Under the pieces are notes generated by a model. The model was not told where the DNA came from. It ran no database searches and worked only from the letters and a program-made list of their open reading frames with translations. Made by a program: the position numbers and the translations under genes. Below, piece after piece: positions 42,101 through 51,502 of a stretch of 64,000 nt of DNA (its first letter is position 1; every line of letters starts with the position of its first letter). This stretch comes from Octopus sinensis. Its lineage: Eukaryota. The stretch is from contig NC_043006.1 in NCBI RefSeq assembly GCF_006345805.1, forward strand, positions 5,456,001-5,520,000, in the 5' to 3' direction.

Positions 42101-45100
42101 TTCCAAGTCAAACAACATGAATTAATATTTGAGTATTCAGCATAAATTTTAAAATACAATTACAAGACAATACTGCATAGAAGTAAAACAAGATTATAAA
42201 TAAAGATTGTAGATTTTTCTTTCAAAGCAAATAACACCAAACATACTCTGATCACATCATCTACAAAACCTAGATCCACTTGAATACTGACATTTCCCTT
42301 CAAAACACAGTTTCGTGTCCCCTATGGATCTCACATGTCCCCTATTAGACTGATCATTGCTCATCTAGGTTTAATTTGTAATATTAATGAGTTTCCTACA
42401 CGGCAAATTGTTTAAATTTGAAATAACTGTTTGGTCCAGACACACTGCTATAGACTGAAGTACTGAGTGTTAAATGGGTTTTCAGCTGATATCTTACAAA
42501 TTATTGACCAGTCATATCGCAATAGTAATTTTGAGTTACTGAGGAGCCTCTTTGTGGTCTCTTAGACTGCTAGAAATAGAAGTTAAATTCTCACAAAACT
42601 CTTTAACAGTTCAAAAAATGCTTTATTGCATCATGAGATAAACTGGTAAACAACCTCATAAGACGGTATAGTTATAGCTTGATGTCTTCAACCAGTGTTC
42701 ACCCGGAGCTAAATAACGAAAGCAATCCTAATAATAAAATAAAATCCGAGATGATCTTCGAGCACCTCCTTGATTTTGGCTATCAGCTCAGCATGGGTGT
42801 TGAAGGCAGAGGACAGGTGTCTTTCGAAACTGCCCCCACCCCACCCCTGACTCAGCAATCTATGGGATTACAACCGGGAGAGTCAGGGAAACGCTTCTGC
42901 AACCACATCTGACTCTTACCCGGCTATGGCAAGGAAATTAATCCTGCTGCTATACATCTGGCCTTCCAGCAGCGATCCTCTCCAGACGGAGTTCGACCAC
43001 AATCTCCAGCAGCTTCACATAGCGGTCTGAATTGAGCTTAAGGTCTTGTTCGAAGATACAGGGACGGAATCTGGCGTTCGGACGCGGTCAGAACGCCTGC
43101 TGTGTCCCTTTCTACAGACCAGGGCTTTGTAGTCTCCGTTGAAGCTGTCTATGTCATGTCATACAGACTTTACAGTGTTTATAGAGCATTGAGCAGCAGT
43201 CATGATCTAGGTATTTTGATACCCTGCGCGAATCATCATCATACAGGTAACTCGTTTCCAATATTCCAGTGGCTTCCATTCCTCCTTGTAAGCTAACTTT
43301 TTCTCAGCTTCAACTTTAATCTTTATGCTTTGCAATGCCGCTGGCTGTTCCCCATTACATCAAGTTGTGCCTGAAAAAAGCGTCAAATTTAGACCGAATA
43401 CCTTGTTTTTCAATCATTAATAAACGTAGTAATAAACAATTTAACAAGAGTATATGTCATGTTATAAAATTTCCATGCTCTGATTTTATTGGCCAGATCT
43501 TCAGGACGGACAGCTTCAGTTCAAACAATACTATTTAATTTTACTACTGATGACTGCTGTTTTATACGCTGCTTTAATACACCCCAAAGAAGCCTGGACT
43601 CTCATTCATGGTCTCACCTTTTTGGTTGTTTTCCCGGCAATGTACATTTTACTGCCATTCTATGCCGTTTCTAATATTGTGGATCAACGATGGGGAACAC
43701 GTGAAAGTGTAAGTGATATTTCATATCTTTATCTTCGCTATCGTTACTGAACTGTTTCAGATGATATACTGCATTTTATGTCCGTTTCCAAAAGTCTAAG
43801 CGGGCGAGACCACCAAATGTTTTACTCACGAAGAGATCTTTACAACATAATTAAGTATTTTACAAGTGTACAGTGACTTCCCTATTTCACAACAGGGATC
43901 TGTAATATTAAGGCGGCGAGCTGGCAGAAACGTTAGCACGCCGGGCGAAATTCTTAGCGATATTTCGTCTGCCGATACGTTCTGAGTTCAAATTCCGCCG
44001 AGGTCGACTTTGCCTTAAATCCTTTCGGGGTCGATTAAATAAGTACTAGTTACGCACTGGGGTCGATATAATCGACTTAATCCGTTTGTCTGTCCTTGTT
44101 TGTCCTCTCTGTGTTTAGCCCCTTTTGGGCAATAAAGAAATTGGTATTTCGTCTGCCGCTACCTTCTGAGTTTAAATTCCGCCGAGGTCGACTTTGCCTT
44201 TCTTCCTTTCGGGGTCGATAAATTAAGGGCCAGTTACGCACTGGAGTCGATGTAATCGACTTAATCCGTTTGTCTGTCCTTGTTTATCCCCTCTACGTTT
44301 AGCCCCTTGTGGGCAATAAAGAAATAAGGGATCTGTAATATTAGCAAATGGTGTTTTCTGATTACTGGATTGAGAGTTAAGTGCCATATGTTATGTACAG
44401 CGTTTGTGATGAGCTATGAACGAAAAGCATTTGGATTTAATGCAAGGTTTTGGGCAAACAAAACGTTGGGAAAAAATTATTTTTCTTTAATATACAGCTT
44501 TTCGTGTTTTATTCGTAATTAAAAGGAAATGATCAGATATTACTTTGAAGCGTGTTATTTATCAAAACAAATAGTTTACTATAGCTAGCTAATGTTCTTT
44601 TGTATTTAGTTCACTTTAGTAAAGATATGTTTTTCTTGGTGCTTGCAGAGGGACATTTTCTAAGATTGTCCTAGAAGTATCTTGGCGAATAAAAGTGTCA
44701 TGTTATCGGTTTGGAATGTACTTTGAAGTTATTTAGCGCATAGAGAAGGTACTCATGAAAGCGAAGGATCTTCCTTGACGGTAGCATGTATGTCACATGT
44801 ATAGCAATCTGCGTATTTTATAGTTGGTGTAGCAAAAAAAGGTTGGTAGTGATGTTACTAAAGTGGCTTGTTGCTGGACTTAGGAGCAATTTATGGATGC
44901 TCTGTTGCACAAGAAAGGAACAAGACTGGGATACAGAGCGGTAACTTTTGAAAGTGACAGGAAGAGATTTACTCGGACGGAATTTTTGACTAATAGATCA
45001 TGTAAAGTTTTTTTTATTAAAAGATGGCAGGACAGAGAAAGATCGTAGCAATTTTAGAATCATTGCAAAGCAAATGAAAGTTGTAGAAAGTGCAGGGTTA

Positions 45101-46199
45101 CCGGATAAAATGTAGTAGAATAAAAAAAAAACCTCTATCTATGGGTGTCTTGGATTAGAACGGTCTAGGCTTGATGGAACACTGCAACAAACGATGATTT
45201 AAATGTGAGGAGAAATTGGTGGATTTCCTGGTATTTCAAAAAGAAATCCAAGTTGCTGTTGCATAGACAGCAGAGTCGAAGAAACTGCTAGATTAGCAGT
45301 GTTAGGCTTAATAAGGAAAGAAGAAGGAAATTGTGGTACGTTGAGAATCAGCGTAATTATAATGCATTGACGTAAATATGTGGGGTTTATCAATGTGAGT
45401 CCGGGGAATTGGCTAAACATATGAAAATAGCCCACAAAGATTTGTAGTAATTGGTGCCATCTTGATAACCGTACCGGTGATTTGTTGATTGAACTCAGCG
45501 GAGAAGAGAGTGAGGATAAAACAAGTTCAGTTCAGTGAAGAAACTTGGATGTACTAGATTCAGGTGGAGGGCAGAAGATTGGAAAATGGTTAAAGGCTGA
45601 TAGATCGTTACTGTGGGGGATTACGGTGTACAGTGCTGAGAGATTTCATATCCATTGTCAAGAAGAGATAAGAGGATCCAGGAGGGAAAGAAAACCAGTC
45701 GAAAGGATATGTGAGAGGACAGGGAAGCGGTGAGAGATGATGCGAGACTATCGAGCTAGCTGCAGATAGGTGCAGTGGAGAGGCTTGGGAGAATATTAAG
45801 AGAATACAAGGTGAGATTCAAAGTCTGTTTATGATATAATTAGTGTCAGTAAAAAGTAGTGTAGAAGACCGAATCATTTAATGGTCCTTGAGTATCTTGA
45901 GGTAGAAGTAGGTGTCGTTGCGTTACCGGACAACTTTTCAGTGAAAGTCAGTCCGCCACACAATAACGCCAAATTCTTTGTTCACCGGTTCTATAATCTC
46001 GAAAAAGGATGTGCAGATGTTCTTGAAATTAAGGCGTTTGATATTCTTTTTATAATTAAATGATATTCGGATCTTCCAATATAAAATCTATTTCCTCTAC
46101 GCTCTGAATCTAGGATCTACAGTGAGTGGTCGTATCTTGACGAATATTTCTCCTTAATAAACTATGTATACTGTGTCTGGAAAGACTCATTAACCCTCC

Positions 46200-46276
<77 letters not shown>

Positions 46277-46339
46277 ATATATATATATAATTATATATAT
46301 ATATAATATATATATATAATATATATATATATATATTTA

Positions 46340-46370
<31 letters not shown>

Positions 46371-46448
46371 ATATATTTAATATATATATTATATATATAT
46401 TTATATATAATATATATATATATAAAAGAGTAAAAGAGTATATATATT

Positions 46449-46510
<62 letters not shown>

Positions 46511-46521
46511 ATATATATATA

Positions 46522-46562
<41 letters not shown>

Positions 46563-46658
46563 ATATATAATATATATATTAATATAATATATATATTATA
46601 ATATATATATATAATATATATATATATAATATATATATTAATATATATATTATAATAT

Positions 46659-46690
<32 letters not shown>

Positions 46691-46759
46691 ATATATAATA
46701 TAATATATATAATATTATATATATATATATATAATATATATATATATAATATATATTTG

Positions 46760-46790
<31 letters not shown>

Positions 46791-46842
46791 ATATATATAT
46801 AATAATAATATATAATATATATTATATATAATATATATATAT

Positions 46843-46890
<48 letters not shown>

Positions 46891-46900
46891 TATATATATA

Positions 46901-46950
<50 letters not shown>

Positions 46951-47753
46951 AGAGTAACCACTATGTGGTCTACTCTAGCACTAAAAATAGATCCGCTAGG
47001 TTTCAGCCACAAAGAATTGTTTCCGATGAAAGTTAGCACGACTACTAGCGCAAACGAACAGGGCAAATAAAAATAACAAAAATGCAGATTAGTTCAGGAC
47101 AATTGTTTCGCTATTAATAAATTATGTAATTTTACTCACATAACATATCTGTAGCTCTTCAGCCGAACCCGTCCAGAATACAATTTACTCAACCACACGC
47201 TAGATTTTACCATAACGATAAACACACGTGCGGTTCAGTCGATTGCATTCGCTGTTATAATTCAAGTGCCGCTTCCACAGCCCGCCAAAATTCACGGAAA
47301 CAGATACTACATCCAAAATTAAATGTAGTATAATTACAATCAACTAATAAGGGTGAGAAAGTTGGATACTAATTTAATAGTACATCCATTTAACACCAAG
47401 TGACTTAGTGCATAAAAACCTGGATTCGGCTGAAGAGCTACAGATATGTTATGTGAGTAAAATTACATAATTTATTAATAGCGAAACAATTGTCCTGAAC
47501 TAATCTGCATTTTTGTTATTTTTATTTGCCCTGTTCGTTTGCGCTAGTAGTCGTGCTAACTTTCATCGGAAACAATTCTTTGTGGCTGAAACCTAGCGGA
47601 TCTATTTTTAGTGCTAGAGTAGACCACATAGTGGTTACTCTCTTATATTTATGTATAAAATTTATCGTAATCTGGGTCTTTATGCACTAAGCCACTTGGT
47701 GTTAAATGGATGTACTACTAAATTAGTATCCAACTTTCTCGCCTTATTAGTTG

Positions 47754-47797
<44 letters not shown>

Positions 47798-47799
47798 TG

Positions 47800-47842
<43 letters not shown>

Positions 47843-47917
47843 GTATATGTATATATATATGTATATATATACACATACACACATACACACACATACACAC
47901 ACACACACACACACATA

Positions 47918-47994
<77 letters not shown>

Positions 47995-48022
47995 GTGTAT
48001 ATATATATATATATATACATAC

Positions 48023-48093
<71 letters not shown>

Positions 48094-48769
48094 TTGTGCC
48101 ATAAACTGCTATTTATTTGTTTTCTGTAGGATAGTGACAGCACAAGCTGTTACCGACACATGTCTGACAGATTGTTCACAAAAGAGAAAAGTATCAAGAG
48201 ACAAGGTGAGATAAATGATACATTTGTTACTATTAATAAAAAGATAACATATTTTCATACTAAGAATCAATTTATTGAGTCTTATGCATTATTCAGTAAT
48301 AATTAGTAGTTTGTAAGAAATCTCCTTTCTTCTATTTATAATAGAAATACCCGAATCGCAGCAATTCAATGGTGAACGTGACCTTGAAACATGCGACCCA
48401 GCCAAACATATTTTGCTGCAGAAAGAACAAACATTTTGGGAAGACCTTCGTGTCGCCATTCTAGGGACTGATGTCAATTTAGGCACTGACCAAATAACCC
48501 TCAAAATTCGGCTTAAAATATTGCGCAATCGGTTGGTGGGAATTTTGCTGCTCTGTAACATAATTTGGGCTTGTTTACTCAGTGGTCTTTATTTGACCAT
48601 CTCGAAACACGACACTATCTTTGGAATTATAACTTGTTCAGTCTATAGTTTTTCACTGATTATACAATTAATTGGACTCACTGCCCACAAATGTGATTCT
48701 TTCTTCAGAGAGTTTGTCATTCGAACATTTGGAAAAAAACACCCTATCTGGATTCATCGAAAAGATTAA
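22830..48769 (+). CDS. CHS: Chitin synthase (GT2), 12 coding exons, ~1435 aa; join(22830..22865,24824..24850,25299..25414,27622..27748,30903..31058,32559..33065,34338..36315,38226..38381,40176..40667,43497..43708,48130..48205,48345..48769)
   Basis: Motifs [56 protein letters not shown] and WGTRE occur in order. All introns are GT-AG with compatible phases and the summed length of 4308 nt is divisible by 3. N- and C-terminal multi-TM segments. Exons 1-2 are the least certain. Confidence 0.93.
22955..23351 (-). mobile_element. Non-autonomous Helitron (family B) in CHS intron 1
   Basis: TC...hairpin...CTAG termini in an AT site; homologous to 37850..38154. Confidence 0.78.
23436..23637 (+). mobile_element. 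SINE family C, older variant
   Basis: Diverged head and core. Confidence 0.75.
23766..24142 (+). mobile_element. tRNA-SINE family A, full length
   Basis: Near-identical to 29333..29712. Confidence 0.88.
24824..24850 (+). CDS. CHS: CHS exon 2, 27-nt microexon (ETANVLFAE)
   Basis: Poly-T tract + TCTAG acceptor, GAG|GTATGC donor, phase 0/0 fits both neighbours. Confidence 0.5.
25299..25414 (+). CDS. CHS: CHS exon 3 ([27 protein letters not shown]...)
   Basis: TTTTCTAG acceptor, TG|GTAAGT donor; hydrophobic TM helix; phase 2 joins exon 4 to make Trp. Confidence 0.8.
26117..26790 (-). mobile_element. Degenerate R4/Dong-type RLE retrotransposon fragment
   Basis: [53 protein letters not shown]. 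Confidence 0.82.
27622..27748 (+). CDS. CHS: CHS exon 4 ([14 protein letters not shown]...[10 protein letters not shown])
   Basis: TTCTGTTACAG acceptor, GT donor, open frame, TM segment followed by WP. Confidence 0.82.
28960..30560 (-). mobile_element. Fragmented CR1/L2-type LINE RT and C-terminus
   Basis: [10 protein letters not shown] (GVPQGSVL-like), YADN, STLWNLP..LQQFK; interrupted by a SINE and (CA)n. Confidence 0.62.
29333..29724 (+). mobile_element. tRNA-SINE family A, full length
   Basis: TSD GTGGCTCTTCTCT; (GAA)n tail. Confidence 0.9.
30903..31058 (+). CDS. CHS: CHS exon 5 ([21 protein letters not shown]...)
   Basis: TTGCAG acceptor, AAT|GTAAGT donor; two TM segments. Confidence 0.87.
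32559..33065 (+). CDS. CHS: CHS exon 6 (multi-TM)
   Basis: TTTTTCAG acceptor, AAG|GTAAC donor; 169 open codons with about four TM helices. Confidence 0.9.
34338..36315 (+). CDS. CHS: CHS exon 7 (start of GT2 catalytic domain plus large insertion)
   Basis: 1978-nt open exon with [22 protein letters not shown] and WYQKFEYAK. Confidence 0.96.
36984..37200 (+). mobile_element. SINE family C, older variant
   Basis: Head and core. Confidence 0.8.
37263..37648 (-). mobile_element. tRNA-SINE family A, full length
   Basis: TSD TACTTGAAATA. Confidence 0.88.
37850..38154 (+). mobile_element. Non-autonomous Helitron (family B) in CHS intron 7
   Basis: A|TCTTTATATAT...CCCAAGCAACGCCGGGCGATACTGCTAG|T. 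Confidence 0.78.
38226..38381 (+). CDS. CHS: CHS exon 8 ([26 protein letters not shown]...KDH)
   Basis: Conserved PGCFSLYR motif; phase 1/1. Confidence 0.96.
38562..39060 (-). mobile_element. Probable solo LTR in CHS intron 8
   Basis: TGT...ACA termini, ~500 bp, GC-richer; on - an AGTCAGTCAGT Inr-like tract and ATTAAA ~30 nt from the end; flanks GTGCG/ATACG only partly match. Confidence 0.45.
39686..39993 (+). mobile_element. tRNA-SINE family A head with V-like tail
   Basis: TSD TACTTTGCAT. Confidence 0.85.
40176..40667 (+). CDS. CHS: CHS exon 9 (GEDRW, QRKRW, TM helices)
   Basis: Catalytic-base motif EDR and QxxRW motif. Confidence 0.96.
41146..41388. mobile_element. MITE-like repeat
   Basis: Imperfect TIRs AAGTATA..TTTGC; related pieces at 51620-51830 and inside the Helitron at 23020-23085. 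Confidence 0.4.
42745..43060 (-). mobile_element. Tc1/mariner transposase relic
   Basis: Degenerate translation [42 protein letters not shown]. Confidence 0.72.
43497..43708 (+). CDS. CHS: CHS exon 10 (...AALIHPKE...WGTRES)
   Basis: HPxE and WGTRE chitin synthase motifs; CAG acceptor, GTAAGT donor. Confidence 0.95.
43911..44326 (+). mobile_element. SINE family C, dimeric
   Basis: Perfect 17-bp TSD AGGGATCTGTAATATTA. Confidence 0.92.
46203..46945. repeat. (TC)n followed by ~700-bp degenerate (TA)n
   Basis: Direct reading. Confidence 0.95.
47093..47167 (-). ncRNA. Minimal type I hammerhead ribozyme, inverted copy
   Basis: Reverse complement of 47425..47499; stem I extends to GTTCGG/CTGAAC. 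Confidence 0.8.
47425..47499 (+). ncRNA. Minimal type I hammerhead ribozyme (sense to CHS pre-mRNA)
   Basis: Stem I TTCGG/CTGAA; core CTGAAGA (47430-36); stem II GCTA/TAGC; GAAA (47483-86); palindromic stem III CAATTG; GUC cleavage triplet (cut after 47494). Confidence 0.8.
48130..48205 (+). CDS. CHS: CHS exon 11
   Basis: TTTCTGTAG acceptor, AG|GTGAG donor; phases 0/1 fit. Confidence 0.8.
48345..48769 (+). CDS. CHS: CHS exon 12, terminal (EQTFWEDLR...LKILRNR, two TM helices, stop)
   Basis: ExxFW and LxxLRN motifs of the CHS C-terminus; TAA; AATAAA at ~48774 and 48871. Confidence 0.93.
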
Positions 48770-49188
48770 ATTTAATAAATAGAGTCAAAATTAATTCATG
48801 ACATAAATGTTTTAATTAAAATATTATTTGTAAATCTCTTGCTTTATCTTTAAGTAACAAATATTTTCTTAATAAACTTTCTTCAGTGAAAGTATATAAT
48901 ACTCGTACACTCTACACTCATTAGTTACTATCCAAGCGTATGGTTGTGACATTTCATCAAGAGTTTCCAAGTTTATGAGAAAGAATGTTTTGCTTCATTT
49001 TGTCATGTTGTATTCAGACTTACAAGAATTCATCATTCATGAAGTCTTAATAGTTTTAATCCTAATGAGAACGGGACTTAAATAAAGTTTCCAGTGTTCC
49101 GTTTTCAAAAGTCATATCACTTACGAATTATGTTCTAAAATGTGTATCCATCCATAAGACAACTATTAATATTATTGATATAACTGTA

Positions 49189-49577
49189 GGCGGCGAGCTG
49201 GCAGAAACGTTAGCGCGCCGGGCGAAATGCTTAGCGGTATTTCGTCTGTCGATACGTTCTGTGTTCAAATTCCGTCGAGGTCGACTTTGCCGTTCATCCT
49301 TTCAGGGTCGATTAAATAAGTCGGGGTCGCTGTAATCGACTTAATCCCTTTGTCTGTCCTTGTTTGTCTCTTCTATGTTTAGCCCCTTGTGGGTAATAAA
49401 GAAATAGGTGTTACGTTCTGAGCTCAAATTCCGCCGAAGTCGACTTTGCCTTTCATTCTTTCGGGGTCGATAAATAAAGTACCAGTTTCACACTGGGGTC
49501 GATGCAATCGTCTTCATCCTTTGTCTGTCTTTGTTCGTCCCCTCTATGTTTGGCCCCTTGTGGGCAGTAAAGAATTG
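49189..49577 (+). mobile_element. SINE family C, dimeric
   Basis: TSD ATTATTGATATAA(C/T)TGTA. Confidence 0.9.
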
Positions 49578-51364
49578 ATTATTGATATAATTGTAAAGAA
49601 ATTCCGAACAAAAACAATTACAACAAAAAAAAGAACAATCATTTCACTTCTAACAGAAGCCACGCACAGGTACTTTAGAATACGCTCACCTTATTGTTAC
49701 GTGTAACAGCAATTACATTTTCAACATAAAGAAAGGATTTTTTTAAATGATAACTAAACACTTATGTAATCCTTAGTTTCTACATGAGCAGTTTAAGACT
49801 ATATATATATAAAATTATATATATGTATGTATATATAAAGACGGTTCATTCATCGTGCTTTGTTGTGAAGTTATTTTTCTTGGTATTTCACTCCATAATT
49901 TTTCTTCTACTAATTTTTGTTCAATGCGACTAACAACTCTGAATTCCTCATACATTTTTCTATCATTTAAGCCTGAGAAAAGTATACTTTCATTTTAAAA
50001 TTAAAATGTTTCTGTTAATTGAAAGTGAATAGGTGACTTACTGCCCCCCCCCCTGAAGTCGCAGACATTTTGATGCAACTTTTCTTCTGTTGAACCAAAT
50101 CTCAAATCATTTATGCCAAAGTGTAGCTGAGGAGGTTTCCTCTTTAAAACTGTTAACAGTTTGCAATTTAGTTGAGGACTGAATTACTGGTGAAGCTTGG
50201 AAGCTGCTGCAATTAACAAAAAAGTTGACTTAAGAATATATTCAACCACCACCGTGGTTGAATGATACTCAACAAATCCAATTGTTCCAGAGAACTGGAG
50301 CTACTAATTTGCGTACCGTGAGCGTTAATGCTATTTTAATATCTGGGATCTATCAATGGGGATCTGAGTCTACACAGTTATAATATAGGTAACCTATATA
50401 GTAGTTATACAAGGCTAGATTCAGTGAAACAATTTCTATTTCAAGATAAGTTTGAGCTCAGGGAAGAAACCTTAAATTCCTTAAATTTCCTATATTCAAA
50501 TACATTTTAATCTTTCTAAGTTTTCAGAGTTAAATCAACAGAAAAACTGACCATAAAAATGTTTATTGAATTGCACTAACATATCAAAACATATGCATTG
50601 TCATACAAGATGCAATCTGTGACTTTAATATTGAAAGTGAGAAATGTTGCAATGAAAACGAAATACAGGACTATTTGGTGTATTACACTATAGCAATATG
50701 CATGTATAGTGAAACACACTGGTATGTTTGACATTAGATACGACTCTGCGGGTAATATATGATTGAATTAACACCGAGTTTACAGATTAAATGAATATAT
50801 ATCCCAATCATATATGTGAGAACAAATGTTTGTCGGGCGATTCTTTAAGAAAATTTAATTAATAAGTGTTGGAATGGAATTGTTTCGCCAGATCAGTTTA
50901 TACAAAACACTAGAGGTCCCAAGGCGCATTTTCTGTTTTAAATATTGCATTATGTTAGTCCTTAGTACAAATGAGTGTACATCATTTGATCCTCTTTTAT
51001 CTCAGTATAAAAATTCTTTTATATAACTCAGTTACACATAATAATAATAATAAAACAAGTTGGTCACTATTTCCAAGTATTTGATATTTAAGACATGCTT
51101 TCTTCTTCTTGAATTTTGTATTTTCTCATCCAAAAAGCAATCAATTGCTTTAAAGAAGGTAAGCCGTATCAACTATTTCTTCTACGACTTCCCAACATCC
51201 TATAAAAGTTATACCAGAAACTGAGGTGTATATTCAAGCTTTCCGCCGCTTTTTCACTTGACTAGCTTCCTTGGCAGGAATTATTTTGCATTATTCAGGT
51301 AGACACAGGATTCTTGAGCAGAATATCATGAAGGGACTGACATTTATATTCAGAAGTTGCTCAT

Positions 51365-51502
51365 TTAGTTTTCGTTTTCGGCATGTCTATTTTCCAAAAC
51401 ACTCCACAATTGTTGCGGTTTATAAGCACATGGCATTAACATTACATCCCTTTCAACGTTTTCTAAGCACCGATTGCTTACATTATGGTAGATCATTCTA
51501 TT
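51365..51502 (-). CDS. GALNT: GALNT terminal lectin gamma exon ([45 protein letters not shown])
   Basis: H..S..CLE..C..QxW motif, TTTTTCAG acceptor, TAA stop. Confidence 0.92.
   Translation of the reverse strand, partial: NRMIYHNVSNRCLENVERDVMLMPCAYKPQQLWSVLENRHAENEN

Larger units (their letters stand above)
46945..47756. mobile_element. Penelope-like non-autonomous fold-back element (pLTR-like repeats) in a (TA)n tract
   Basis: Interleaved inverted repeats 46945-47167/47425-47647 and 47338-47426/47668-47756, hammerheads, and (TA)n on both sides. Confidence 0.65.

Noticed and set aside
44600-46200. Possible old LINE remnants (also 31220-31990)
   Set aside because: Composition is suggestive, but no motif could be read with confidence.
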